Assembly: GCF_009914755.1 (NCBI RefSeq)
Contig: NC_060925.1
DNA length: 64,000 nucleotides
Reading direction: 5' to 3' (one strand)
Origin: the human T2T-CHM13v2.0 reference genome, Homo sapiens
The notes under the pieces are model-generated. The model was not told the origin of the DNA. It was given only the letters and a program-made list of their open reading frames with translations, and ran no database searches. Shown in pieces: positions 15,645 through 30,197 of the stretch; positions within the stretch are counted from its first letter, which is position 1, and each line of letters opens with the position of its first letter. Made by a program: the position numbers and the translations under genes.

Positions 15645-16825
15645 GTGTTGTTTTGAGTGTGGCTTCTCTCACTCAATATTATGTTTTTGAGATTAAGCCA
15701 TGTTACTCCATAAAGCTGTAGTTGTTAATATTTACTGTTATTGAGTATTCTATTTTATGTATTTCCCATAATTTCTTCATCTTATTGTTGATGGTCATTT
15801 GGATAATTTCCAATTAGGTGCTATTAGGAATATTTCCATTAACAATTTCAAGCAAGTCTTTTGATGTACGTGTACTTCTACTGGATAAATACTAAGCAAT
15901 AAGATTGTTGGACTATATGCTCACCGATAGTAGATACTACTAATCAGTATGTCAAAGTGATTGTACTCATTTGCATGATCACCTGCAGTTTAGGAGAATT
16001 TTAATTGTTCCTTATACACTCAGATTAATAGTGTCAGTTTTTATAACATTAGACACTCAGGTAGTATAAAGCAATATCATCTGGTTTTAATTTTCACTTC
16101 CTTGTTGACTAGTGATGATGTCACATTTTTATATGGCTAAATATAGCTAATTACATAGACTTTCTCTTTAGTTTCTCTTTTTCATTGGTTTATAAAAGTT
16201 TTCATGTACTGAAATATCCTCACCCATCAGCTTATGTTTCCACATTATGGGGTCAATTATTAAACAAAAGTTTTTGCTTTTACTGTAGTTCAATGTATTC
16301 CAATTTTTCTTCATGATGAATGGTTTTTTTTTTATGTTCTGTTTAAGGATCTTCAAGGTCATGGACTTTTTCCTCCCATGTTTTCTTTTATAAGCTATAT
16401 TGTTTTTCCTTTCATATTACATCAAAAAATACTCATAATTGATTTTTTATACAGTAGAAGGTAATGAGTAAATCAATTTGTTGAAAATTTTAGATGGTAA
16501 ATGAATAATTACAATAAAATGTCTCTCTTCATATCTAGTAATGTTGCATTGAAGTCTGCTTTGACTGATATTAATGTAATTACATCAGATTTATTTTGTC
16601 AGTTATTTTTATGACATATCTTTCTATCGTTTTTGCTTATATAAAATTTTATATATGTCCATATAATAAATTAATTCAGTTTTCTAATTATTTGTTCCTT
16701 ATTCTTTTCATTTTTCTTTTTATCTTCTTTCTTAAATAGCAGTTTCCTAGTTTGTCCTAGTGATTCTTGCTTCTTTTTTGCATACTGTAAGCTATCACAT
16801 TCATGACTATTTTTAAATGAAATTA

Positions 16826-17638
<813 letters not shown>

Positions 17639-17689
17639 GTATACACAAATAAAACCCAAATTTATGTCTCTACTCTACATTCTTTTTCT

Positions 17690-18230
17690 GGCTTTCAAAT
17701 CTTCATTTAACTTTTGTCTTGATGCTTATGTTAAAGATACCTTAAACTGAGCATGCCAATGGTTTCCAATAACTTTTACCTTCTCAAATCTTGTCCTTCT
17801 TCAGGGTTAGCTGTTTCACTAAATGACACCAGAATCCATGCAATTGTATAATAGAAAAACCTAGGTGGTACCATTAATTGAAATAGCTAACACTTTATCC
17901 TTCACTTTAATCTCATGTCCAATATCCATTCTATCATCAACACTATCAATGTTTCCTCTCTTTAATAACTCTCAATCTATTCTTCTCCATTTCATCTGCC
18001 ACTACCCCTATTTCAGACTAAAATTGTTTATTTTCTGAACTATTGAATAGATAAGTGAAATATTTGAATCTATTCTTAAAATTACCAACCCATTCTACAT
18101 GTAACAGCTAGAGTAATCTTTGTTAAATATGAAAATTTAATCCTGTGATTGCCATCCTTAAAGTGTTTCAGTGGCTTCTAATGCTGCAAAGATAAAATCC
18201 AAAATCTTTATCACGGGCCTGCAAAGACAA
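17690..18230 (+). mobile_element. L2 remnant
   Basis: ttctccatttcatctgccactacccta, cagctagagtaatctttg and cagtggcttctaatgc...gataaaatccaaa resemble L2. Confidence 0.6.
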
Positions 18231-18399
18231 AGGTTTTGATTTCCTCCAAGCACTTCTTATTGAAGTTCTTTAGGCAAAATAAGTATATTAAGTTATACAC
18301 AACATTAATCTGTTATGTATAACACAAACTAAAACTCAAGTGGAAGTCTTCATCATCTTGATTAATTAATCTACAGAAAAACACTGGATGCTCACCATA

Positions 18400-18560
18400 T
18401 CCTAAGCTTATTCACATATATTTTCTCATTTTATCTCCACAAATACTATTGAAAATCAGTGTTATTCTTTAACATTTCCATGTAAGAAAAATGAAATTCA
18501 GAGAACTAAGTAACTTGCTCAACATCAAACAACTCTGAAATGATGGAGGCAGAAATAAAA
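18400..18560 (-). mobile_element. MIR
   Basis: gaaaaatgaaattcagagaactaagtaacttgctcaacatc, MIR core. Confidence 0.7.
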
Positions 18561-18929
18561 TTTGCAAATTTTTCCTCAATAATTTATTCTTCCTTTCTCT
18601 CAAAGATCTCCACATATATAGTTTATGTGACAAATGAGAATACAAACAGATTGAAGAGGATCAGGGTTTTTCAGTCTTAGGGTTCCCTTTAAGTTTACCT
18701 TCCTTAAGCATTTCAAGCAGAGATTGCACAACTAACAAATCCATACTTTCTATTGAAATGCTGCCGTGTTATACTCGTATATCTGACAATAATTAACTCT
18801 CCATATGTACTCAGCATTCTTATATAATACTGCTGTCACTGTGCAACTGTACATATTTACTAGAGCATAGGTTCAGGTTCTGAGATAATTCATCAGAACC
18901 TAGCTTCCTTACTTCTAGTAGGCCTCATT

Positions 18930-19325
18930 ATGTCCCATAATGCACGATAAACGAACTTTAGTTGGCCATATGACCACACAGTTGGGAATGTATTTTCCGA
19001 CCTTTCTAACTGGTTAGTCTATGTCACTAAATTCTCACTCATGATATAGGGGCAGAAGTAATATGTGCAACTTTCTATGACTTGCCCTGATTTGTTTTTC
19101 CTTATTCCCATGAAATCAGCATATGGATACTGCAACAATCTAAAATGAATCACATAGACAAAATCAACAATCTAAGAGATATAAAAAAATAGAATTAGCC
19201 TAGACCACTAATAGACATTGCTTAGTAGCACTTCTCTGAAAGTGTGGCTAGGGCGAATAGTACTTGAAAGAGAGATAAACTTCTATTTCATTTACTTTGT
19301 TAACGCAGGTTAGCCTTCACCTTAA
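18930..19325 (+). mobile_element. Ancient ERVL LTR, LTR33-like
   Basis: atgtcactaaattct...ggcagaagtaatatgtgcaactt... and terminal gagagataaacttctatt...gcaggttagcct. Confidence 0.55.
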
Positions 19326-19942
19326 GATTTTTCAAAAGCCAAATTCAGGGTTATCTCAGTATGTCTCAAGGACTTGCCAATGCATTTAATGCATTAGTTC
19401 ACAAATTGTTTTGCTTAAATCTTACTTCCTTAACCATACATTTTAAAAAATATTCATATACTACTACTCCATATATATTTACTGATTAATTTGTTTGCAG
19501 ACTTATAAAACTAGTCTGGAAGGAAGTTTGACTATTACCTAGTCAAATTCTCTAAGGAGTCAAAGTCTGAATAAATTTTTGAACATTAAGTTACTAGTTA
19601 GCAATGTCCAGAGCTTCGATGACACTTTGGCTGCCCCTTCTCTGTTTCTCTCTGATTTCCAAAAGACAGATTGGTTGTCTCATATTTTAAGATTTCTTTG
19701 ATTTATGATGATTGATTAATTCATCATTTAAAAATACACGCCTAAGTAGCAAAATTCAGTGACAGGCTTCAGATTTGCAATTCCAGTAACATTCATAGTA
19801 TGTGAGACTTCTCTTGTTTTGGAAAATGTATGGTAGTCTCCATTCTCTTAGCTTAGATGTCAACCACAGAATTATGCTGACTTTACAAAACAATTCTTAA
19901 ATTAAATATTGGGTATACATATCAAAATACAAGTATTTATAT

Positions 19943-20705
19943 CAGCACTACTGCAACAGAAGTATAACCAGCCACCTATGTGCTTTTAACTGTTCCAATA
20001 GTTATATTAAAACAAAGTAAAAGGAAACAGGTAAAAATAACTTTATAATACATTTTAGTTAACCTAATACAACAAAAACTTTGTCATTTAAGAATGTGAT
20101 ACATTGTAATCGCAGCACTTTGGGAGGCCGAGGCAGGCAGATCATGAGGTCAGGAGATGGAGACCATCCTGGCCCACATGGTGAAACCCCGTCTCTACTA
20201 AAACACAAAAAATCAGCTGGGCGTGTTGGTGCACACCTGTAGTCCCAGCTACTCGGGAGGCTGAGGAACAGGAATCGCCTGAACCCAGGAGGCAGAGGTT
20301 TCAGTGAGCCAAGATTGCGCCACTGCACTCCAGCCTGGTGACAGAGCAAGACTCCATCTAAAAAAAAAAAAAAAAAATTGGGTGACATTTTAAGTCCTTT
20401 TGTCCCTACATGGTCTTTAAAATATGGTATATATTTTATACTTATGGTAACTTTCACAGTTTGGAAATCTGGACACAATTTTCATCAGCAATACTTAATT
20501 TGTATTTAGATTTTATAAAATTTACACAAGAAAAATTAGATTCACAATTTTAAATGGTGGTTCAAACCACACTTAACATTTTAGTTACAAAATTTAAATT
20601 AATTGAAATCGAGTAAATTTAAAAACATACTTCCGTAGTTATACTAGCCTCATTACAATTGTCCAGTAGCCACATGTGGCCAGAGATTATTATGTTGGAC
20701 TGCAT
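19943..20705. mobile_element. hAT-Charlie DNA transposon fossil (MER33/Charlie5-like), interrupted by an Alu
   Basis: aaagtaaaaggaaacaggtaaaaataa, ttcatcagcaatacttaatttgtatttagattttataaaatttac, and terminus tagccacatgtggcc...ttggactgca. Confidence 0.75.
20105..20377 (+). mobile_element. AluSc, slightly 5'-truncated
   Basis: Starts at tgtaatcgcagcactttggg; Sc-type gatcatgaggtcaggagatggagaccatcctggcc and cagcctggtgacagag; A tail. Confidence 0.92.
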
Positions 20706-21149
20706 AACAATTTTCTGTTGATTGTCTTCACAGATTTGATAATCAACTGACTAATTTAAAAGTTGCCCATATTTTAAAAAAAATTCTTGTATCAGAATTT
20801 GCATTCTTGTGCAAGCATTAAAACATGTAAAAGATTTTTTAAGAGTAAGCAAGAACTGCTTTTTGTTTCACTGAAGCTATTATCTAGCCTTTACTTAACA
20901 CTGTTCCCACTAAGATGCCACCACTGAACTATATATAATAGCTTGAAGTTAATAATGGATTTCTAAAGAAACTAAACTTGCTCTTTAATTGTCAAAGCCT
21001 GATTATTTAAATAGGCTATGTATTTTTGCAATGTCTGTGATTATAGGATAGAAATTGTAATGTTTTCCCTGAATTTTTTGTTTACTGTAGTGAAGTGTCT
21101 TATATATACAAACTTTCCAGGAGAAATGCACTAAGATAAGATTTGTACT

Positions 21150-23620
21150 TAGAACTTTTGCTTCCAGCCAAGATGTAGTAGTACAGGTCAGATTTACCTT
21201 CCTAAATGAATCAAATAAAAAAGTGGACAAAATATATTAAGAAAAAAATTCTGAAGGTATTTGTTATCAGGCAACAAAGGAAAGTGATCCATGAGAGGTG
21301 AAAGTAAATGGGGTGAGCCTCACGAATGGCCCCACTTATTGATTGAAGAGAATTTCTAGCCTGTGGCTTAGGAGAGGGGACTCAGGAAGCCCAGAAGTCT
21401 CTTTGGAATGAGGAGAATTGTTGTTCAGAAAAGATAAGCAGCTAGTGTTTGCAGAGTAAAGTACCAGAGAGGACAGAACTATTCCGAGAAAGAACTCTAA
21501 AGACTACAGAGGGCCTCCTTTGTGTCTTCAGCTTTGTATACTCATCACCACATAAGTGTTTGGAAAAATATCCCAAATCCAGGGAAATAACCAATTAAAA
21601 TAATTAGAGGGAACAATTTTCTGAATTCATACAGGACTAGAGGTGTCGGTTTTTGCCAGCCAGAATAGCAAACCTCTTCATTTAAAGACCATCATGTAGA
21701 ATACTCAGAGTGGTTCTGCCAATAGTGAGACAAATGATACCTACATTAAATGTTGCTCTGTCCTAACTAAGCTTAAAAACCAGCTTCTGAAGGATCAACA
21801 TTTCCCAAGTAATTTAACTGCATCATGCAACAAAACTCAAGAATATTTGTAGGAACTCAAAAACTTTCAGTGCTTGACAGGGTGAAATTCGTGAAATTCA
21901 CAGTCTGACAACAAATAAAAAATTACTAGACATACAAGGAATCAGGAAAATACAATCCATACTGAAGAGCTAAATCAATAAATGGAAACCCAGAGCTGAC
22001 ATCAGTGTGAGATTCAGTAGAAAAGAACATCAGCAGTGATTATATCTGCATTTGATGTGTTCAAAAAATTAAATGGACATGGGAGATTATAGAAAAGACC
22101 CACCTGAATTGAACTTTTAGGGGTGAAAACTACAATTTCTGAGATAAAAATACAAATATTATTACCTAACAGTTACATAGAATTTTTCCTGTGACAAATA
22201 CTCTATATAACAGCAGAAATTAAAAAATGATAGCAATACTCTATATAAGAGCAGAAAACAATGATAGTGAACTTGAAGACATATAAATGCTATTTAAAAA
22301 AAGACATACAAACACTGTAAGACATACAAGCACTGTAAAAAAAAAAGTACTGCCTGAATTTTTTAAAATTTAATTAAAAGTATAAACCACAGATCCCAAG
22401 AAGCTCAGCAGACTCAAGTAAAACAAACGTGAATCAAATTGACAGTGACAGAGAAAAAATTACAAAAGTAGTCAGAAAAAAGACTCATTCTGTACATAGA
22501 AATAGATATAAGGATGACAGCAGATGACTTTTTAGACAATGCAAGCCAGAGGACAGTTTTCAGCTTCTTTAAAGTACTGAAAGTTATTCTCAATCTACAA
22601 TTCAATAATATCTTTAAAAAACACAGGAAAATAAAGATTTTTTTGGACATATGAAGGCTGAAATAATTTTTCACAAGCAGGACTGCACTATAAGCAATGT
22701 CGAATGGAGTTTATTAAGCAGATGAAAAATGATGCCACAAAGAAGTCTGGATTGACAAAGCACTAGATAACTATGAAGGCAAATATTAAAGATTTTTTCT
22801 TATTTAAAAGATCTTAAAAGATTTTTATATGTAAGTATTTATAATCTTTTAAAATAATTATTGATTATTTCAAACAAAATAATTATAATTTTTTTTAGGT
22901 TTCTTAAATATATGCAAAAGTAAAATGCAAAACAATGATGACATGGAGACAGAGAGGGGAGAAATGGAACTACATCTGGTGGTCCATATCTGTGGGTTCC
23001 ATACCCATGGATTTAACTAACCACAGATGAAAATATTCAGAAAAAAGGTAATGAAAAATAACAATACAAAAATAAAAATAATATAGTATAACAACTATTT
23101 ACATAGAATTTACATTGTATTAGATATTATAAGTAATCTAAAGATGATTTTAAATATATGGGAGGATGTGCATAGGTTATATACAAATACAATGCCATTT
23201 TATATAAGGGACGGATTTTGGTATTCACAGAAGGTCCTGGAGCTCCATTGATCTCCCACGGATACTGAGTGACAACTCTATCCCATTGTAAGGTTCACAT
23301 TGGGTACATTAATTTGATAATATCATTTGAAAGTGGATGGTGATAAATTAAAAATGTATACTATAAACCCTAAACCAGCCATTAAAATATCACAATGAAG
23401 GTTTATAGCTTATGAGCTAGCGGAGAAAATAAAATGGAATCAGAAAAATACTCAATAAACCCAAAAGTAGGCAGAATAGAAGGAAAAAAGGTAATAAATA
23501 CTAGTCAAACCATTAGAAAACAAGGAGCAAGATGATATATTTAAACTCAACCAGATTCAAAATTATATAAAGGTGTTTTAAACATCCCAAAGGCAGAGAT
23601 TTTCAGATAATTTTTTTAAA
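21150..23620 (+). mobile_element. Ancient L1M (L1MD/ME-class) 5' UTR, ORF1 and inter-ORF region, degenerate
   Basis: acttttgcttccagccaagatg start; ORF1-like aaactacaatttctgagataaaaatac, gtgaacttgaagaca, cagatcccaagaagctcagcagac, aggatgacagcagatgac. Confidence 0.75.
22973..23278. mobile_element. MER2-family (TcMar-Tigger) MITE nested in L1M
   Basis: tatctgtgggttcc...acaactatttacatag...ggaggatgtgcataggttat...cccacggatactgag; TA on both flanks (22971-22972, 23279-23280). Confidence 0.85.
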
Positions 23621-23709
23621 AGCAAAACTTTTTTTTTTTAAAGAAACTCTCTTTAAATAAAAGGAACTATATTTCCCAGGAAATCATGTTGGCTTCCCTT
23701 TACGATAAA

Positions 23710-23900
23710 AAATACTACTACCTAACATTACATAGTATTTTTCCTATGCCAACTACTGTGTGTATACTAACTCATTAATGTTTGTAGTAACCTTATGAGG
23801 TAGACATTGTTATTACAGACTCACCCCTCACCCTCAAAAAAGACTACTTTATTTTTCAGATATGAGAGACATAAGCCTGGAGTAGAAGCCAGAGACTCAC
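23710..23900 (-). mobile_element. MIR
   Basis: ctaactcattaatg...aaccttatgaggtagacattgttatta...tttttcagatatgagag. Confidence 0.6.
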
Positions 23901-25389
23901 TAAATTCTTAAGCTATACAAGATTGGCCCAATATGGTCAGCAAGTGCGCTCATTTCAGGGAGAGAGTTCAGGGTAATGTAACAATTACATATACAAAGGG
24001 AGTGTGACATGGACAGATAGAGGAAGAAATTTCAGCTCTTGCTATAAGTTGGAATAATTAAAGAGTAGGGCAGAAGTCTGAACAGAAAATCTAGGAAACT
24101 TTCTATGTGAAGTTTTGAGTGATCTCCTCACAGTAACTTGTAGGTATCTATGATATATCAAGCAAGAGTTCTAGCATCAAAGTGCTGTTCCTTTGAATGT
24201 ACATCAGACATTGATTCAGCCACGCAGGACACTTGTTAATCTGTGTTACACAGATACACTATGAAAAATGCATTATGTTGATCATGCTCTTGTCTAAAAC
24301 AGAGCTGTATAAAATGTGTTCCGCAGACTAGAGTTCTCAAACTGTTTGTTCATTTGTTTTTTGTTTTTTGTTTTTACCAGTTCACAATGATACAGTGAAA
24401 AAATGGAAGATAATTTATTTCTGCAGTGCTTTACAAAACATCAATCTTTCAACAGATTGGAAAACCAAAAACAAAAAAGTAAAACACAGAAACAAATTCT
24501 TAATTCTTCCCAACAGAGTTTTACAAGCCCTGGAATAAAATCCTCCTTTGATTATTAGGTTTTCCATTCCATGCTTTTTGTGTGTGTGGCAATGCAAGAC
24601 AGCACCGGGCATTTTTGCCTTCAAACGTTGGAGAGATATTTCTATTTAAATATTACAGTCAAATGTCTAGGTTTTTTTCCTATTAGTGGTTAAATATAAG
24701 GATTTTGGAATCAGGAAATCCTGAATTAAATCTAATTTCTACCACCTAGTGGAAATGTGAATTTAAACATGTCACTGGATAATTATATGCCTTGGTTCAA
24801 ATAATATCTACCATAGCACTGCAAAGTTTATTTATAAAAACTAAGATAAAAGTATATGTAAAATGGTGCTGAAAACTTTTACAAATTAAGATACTTATGC
24901 TCTGTCTTGACATACAAATATAATCTGTGTGGTCATGTTGTTCTGATACATGTCTCCAGAGCCTCCTAGGGAATCTTTCTCATCTCTTCTCTTTCAAGAT
25001 ATTCTCTTCTCTCCCTGCTGACCCAATCTCTAGATGATACTTTAAAAAATCACATCTTTAGTGATTTAGGGTCTAGTTTTTCAGAGGTTTCTTAAGGAAG
25101 ATCTGGGACTTGTAGTTACAATTTTTAGTTTTATCATGGAGCCTTCTCTCTCCCATGGCATATAAATATTTGAGGTAGGTAAAGGAAAAGGCAAGAGAAA
25201 AGAGGTAAGACAGGTTCAAGTAAAGATTTATGTTACATTTACAAGAAATTTTCTCTAACTACACAAGATCATGCTTCTGACCCTTGACCTCATTGCCATA
25301 CTCCATTTTTATTTATGAGGACCTTTTTGAGGAGGGAGGATATTAAGATTTGAGGGACTGGTTGTGATTTTGATGAGCTGTATATATAT

Positions 25390-25858
25390 ATATTTGTTTC
25401 CTGTTGTAACACATTATCACAAGCCTAGTGACCCAAAACAGCACAAATGTATTATCTTGACACTCTAGGGTTCGGAATCTGAAATGTATCTTATGTGCTA
25501 ACCTCAAGATGTTGACAGAGCTGAGTTCTTTTTGGTGGATCTAGAAGAGAATCCATTTTCAGCTTCTTGAGGCCATCTGCATTGCTGGGCTCAGGCCCCT
25601 TTATCCATCTTCAGAGCTTATCATTCCAACTCCTGCTTGCACTGTCACATCTCCTCTTTCTTGACCTTCCCAATTCCCTATTGCAACTCTTGTGTCTTAC
25701 ATAGTCCCTATCAAGATTGCCAAGGATAAACTTCCAGCTCAAGATTCTGAACTTAATCACATCTACAAAATCCTTTTCTGCCATAAAAAGCACCATATTC
25801 AGTTTTTGGAAAGTAAAATGTTGATGTCTTAGATGGACCCATTATTCTGTTTACCACA
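25390..25858 (-). mobile_element. MaLR LTR, MLT1C/D-like
   Basis: tgttgtaacacattatcacaagcctagtg...ttaatcacatctacaaaatcc...ccattattctgtttaccaca. Confidence 0.8.
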
Positions 25859-27339
25859 CTATGGTTTCCTAACTGCCATCAAGGAGTTCATAAACATAAT
25901 TAAGGCTACGATTTAGCTGGAAATTGATAAGATAGTTTTTCCTCAGAGTGAGAGGAAGAGGGTACCGCATGTTTAAGTATTCTGAGCCCAAAGGGAGCAA
26001 AAAGCTTAGAACATTCCAGAAACTAAACAAAGACCTGCATGATCAAAACATGTGTATGAGCATGAATTCAAATTACTACTCACTTTAGACCTTGAGTAAT
26101 TTACTTAACCTCTCTAAATAAGACTCTTCTTCCTTATACCTGTAATATTAACATTTCATAGATTCTTTGGAATGTTTAAAAATATACCTAATGTGAAAGG
26201 CTAACAGTAATCACTAGATATAGGTACTTGTGATTATAAGGTCAATGGAGACAAGCTTTAGTTGCATCCTCAGGGTCTTTTTGCATTTGTTAGGGACTGT
26301 GTGATAGAACTAAAATAATCATTCAGCAAGAGGAATTCTCTGCTATTCATACTCCCAGCTCCATGTGCTCTGTCTTCTCTTCGTCATTCAACATCTTTCC
26401 TAAGTAGAAAATTTAATGTCTTATTTAAGTCTTTTGAGGTGCAACAATCAAGCACAGACTGTGTGGTCTGAATATATGCCATATTTTATGTACATAGTTA
26501 TGCTCGTTGCTCTAGGTCTATATTATATATTTAAATAAAAGAATGAATTCCTTTATATGAGCACTTTTTATCTCCACTTATCAAGTACAAGTGGCAAATT
26601 AAAGCAACAACTTTTATTAGTTTCTCAAAGGTATAAGATAAAAGATATTTATATGTGTATGGGTAACACCAAATCTCTAAAATCTACCTTCATTTATTCT
26701 CCACTGATAAAAACAGTTTTAGCTGACAGCTTTGCCAACACACTAATTAGCTCTCAGTTGCAGAATTTTCAGTAAGATTCCACCTACAACCTCTGTGTTT
26801 TATTGTCAGGTAGCCTGACAAGGATATATCATTTTTAAATGCTGAGCAGATTAAACAACAGTGAATAATTTTTTTTTCTTTTTTTCACTTCACATCATTT
26901 GGTGATGTCTGAGCATAACTAATTTGGGGTTGTTTTTTCTGTTTGTTTGTTTTTCTGTCAGACGTTTCACTGGAAATTGAACTACAGTTTTTGTTGCTCA
27001 GTTTCTACTGGAGTAGTATGATGACTAATATCTGTATGACTTACAACATGAGAATGATGGATGATCTAGTAAATGCCCAACACATATTAGGAGCTCAAAG
27101 AATATTGGTTTTAATGAATGAAAATATGAATATATATGTGAAGGCAAGGAAGAAAAATGCCATTTCCTTCCTGTTTTCAAAAAATCATCTGTCCCATCAT
27201 GTTTTGGTGTCCACAAAGTGTTCTATATGAAAATTAGCAATTTTCTACATCACTCTTGTGAGTAGACTGAAAAAAAGAGGGATATAAAGAATTGGGAGTT
27301 ATTAAAGTATAATGGAAGAGACCCTAGGACTGCTATCAA

Positions 27340-27711
27340 AAACATCAGTCCTCTTTCACATTCTGAGCACATGAGAAGATGGCACTTCTCTTTTGATTTC
27401 AAATATGCCATATAATTTGCTTTGATCAATGAGATATGAACAAATGTGAGATGTGTTTTATGCAGATAGTCTTAAGAGGCAACAGGTAATTCATAAAAAT
27501 TGATTTTCTCTGGTATTGTAACTAGAAAAATTCAAAATGTTTCAGACACTATTTAAGTATGTCTCTAAGGTACTTAAATTAGCAGAAACCACCTGCTGAA
27601 CCAAGATGGACAGGTAGAAAGAGCAGAAAACAATCCTTTGGATTTTTAGCTACTGAGATTTAGAAAGATATGTTACTGCAGCAAAATCTACGCAAACCTA
27701 ACTGATATACA
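27340..27711 (+). mobile_element. MaLR LTR, MLT1I/J-like
   Basis: ttgctttgatcaatgagatatgaac..., ctactgagatttag...tgttactgcagcaaaatcta...ctaactgatataca. Confidence 0.65.
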
Positions 27712-28879
27712 CCTAGACTTACATTTAAAGCTCTTCTCTGTAATTGCCTAGCTATCTTTTAAGTATTAATTAATCTTAGTCAGTTTAAAATATTAATGTT
27801 TTTAAATAATTATTTTAAATTCCAGTACTGTGCCCTACTCAAGGCAACCTTGAGTGTTTTGTGTAGATTGATTAAATTATTTATTGAAAACTTGATAGAT
27901 ATTGCCAACCCCATTATACAGGTGAGGAATATGGAATTCAAGAGCATTTATGTAACTTGCTTCTGTCCTGATATTCAGTGAATAGAGATCTGACTCTGAA
28001 TTCGATATGTATGGCTTCAGAAATCTGTCCTGTTAATCAAATTTGTATTCCATTTTTGTTCTGGAATTACATTTTAAATATTCATAAAAATAAGCACAAA
28101 AGAGTGATTTTGTGAAAACCAAATGGGACAGAAATATGGATAAAGTCTCTGACACAGAATCGTCAATAAATTATAACATCCCCTTTTATCTTCCCTTAAA
28201 AAGAAGCTGAAGTTTAGCACCAAGGGTAAAGTGAAATACAGAAAAGTCAGAAATAGCAAGTATTATATTGTAGAATTATTTTTGACAAAACGTCTTCGTT
28301 ATTTTCTGAATTTCAATTACACATGCTCTTCTTTAGCATATTAAAAAAATCTAATGAAGATAACTACTATTCTTTTAAAGCTTGATATGATTCATTGATT
28401 TATTCACATACTATTAACTTACCGTATATTGTTAATTAATAATTTTTCTCATAATAATATAAACATCTTTTATGTAGCTCATACCTCATATCTCACTTTT
28501 TAGAAGGAAAAGGGAATATAACATTGTAATTTTTAACTTAATAATTCATTGGAAAAACTGAAAGAGAGAAGGAGAAGAAAACTAAACAATATCCAAAGTT
28601 CTCCTCTTCTCTCGTCTTTGTTTTAGGAACTTATGATTTTAATTCTTCTCACTCAAACTCACCACACATCAAAACAACCTCACTTATCAATACAAAACTC
28701 TTAGATTAAACTAATACAAAATGACCTAAGAACTTGGGAAAAGAACAACAGAAATATTTGAAATGAAATCAAAAAAGTTATTTATACTTAAACCACAATT
28801 AAAATAAAATTCTACTATTAGAAGTAGGACAGCTGGAACAGTGAAACAGACTGATACATACAAACCATGGATTAATACC

Positions 28880-29452
28880 AGCAATAAAGCATAACAAATT
28901 CGTGATACAGGCTACAGCTTGGATGAATCTGCAGGGAATTATGTTAAATAAAAAAGAAAACATCAAAAAGTGACACATTATGTGTTTAATTTATATAATA
29001 TTTTTTAAATGACAACATCTTAGAAGTTGAAAACTGATTAGAGATTGACAGAAGTAGTGGTGGGGGCTGTGGGTAAGAAAGAGAGAGTGTGATTATAGAA
29101 GGACAACACAGGAGGTACTAGTGACAGAACTGTTCTGTGTCTTGACCCTGAAGATGAAAATAGACAAATGCATGCGATAAATTTTTACACAACTAAATAG
29201 ACACACACATACACAAATACAGGAGTACAAGTGAAAATGAGAAATCTGAGTAAAATTGGTGAATTATATCAATGTCAATATCCTGGTTGTGATATTTTAC
29301 TATAGTTTGCATGATGTTACCACTGGGGGAGACTGCATAAGGGTCACATGAGATCTCTTCCTATTATTTTAAAATAATGTAAAATAATTATAGTTTTAAA
29401 ATTTTTTAAATATTAACCTAAAATTATCTCAATAAGAATTTCAATTAAAAAA
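28880..29452 (+). mobile_element. L1MD-like 3' end
   Basis: ggatgaatctgcagggaattatg, tatcaatgtcaatatcctggttgtgatatt, gatgttaccactggggga, A-rich end. Confidence 0.75.
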
Positions 29453-29604
29453 TGTAAGACAATTGAACCTCCAGTCAACTTCCAAAGTGTTGTAAATGCA
29501 TTTGAACCAGATTTGCTATTTAGATACCATATTCAATCTAATTGTCTATACTCACCATCTCTTTAATAATTATTAGATTGAAAAACATATTGAAGTATTT
29601 TATT

Positions 29605-30074
29605 TGTTGTGGATTGAATTGTGTACCCCAAAATGATATGTTGAAGTCCTAAGCCTTGCTGTCTGTCAATATGACTTTAACTGAAAATAAGGTATTTGCA
29701 AATGTGATCAAGTTAAGATGATGCTATAGTAGATTAGTGTGGGCCCTAATCCAGTGATTAGTGTTCTTATAAGAAAATGAAAATTTGGACACAGTTACAC
29801 AGACAGACACACACAGGGGGAAAGTCATGCAGTGATGGGGCAGAGATGGAGTAATGTGCCTATAAGCCAAGGAACATCAAGAATTGCTGGCAACCACCAG
29901 AAGCTAGAAAGGGAGAGGAAGGATCTTTCCTACAGCCTTCAGAGAGAGCATGGGCCTGGAAATATCTTGATTTTGAACTTCTAGCCTCTAGAATTATGAG
30001 TGAATAAATGTTTGTTCTTTTAAGCGGCCAAGTTTGTGCTACTCTTTTTATAGCAGCCCTACAGAATGAATACA
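29605..30074 (+). mobile_element. MaLR LTR, MLT1C-like
   Basis: tgttgtggattgaattgtgtaccccaaaa...ataagccaaggaac...ccaccagaagctaga...tagcagccctacagaatgaataca. Confidence 0.85.
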
Positions 30075-30197
30075 ATGGTATTTTATTGAATGCATCACCC
30101 AAAATCTTTTATGTTAATGTAAAATAGTAAATTAAACCACAATAAGTATTCCATTTTGAATTCCTCAGTTATTGTCTGTTTACAATATACAAGCTTA

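Larger units (their letters stand above)
14700..16460 (-). mobile_element. Ancient L1M (L1ME/MC-type) 3' end, interrupted by an Alu and an MSTC LTR
   Basis: ggcttctctcactcaatattatgtttttgagattaagccatg, gttgatggtcatttggataatttcca and ggttttaattttcacttccttgttgactagtgatg are L1M 3' motifs in antisense. Confidence 0.75.
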
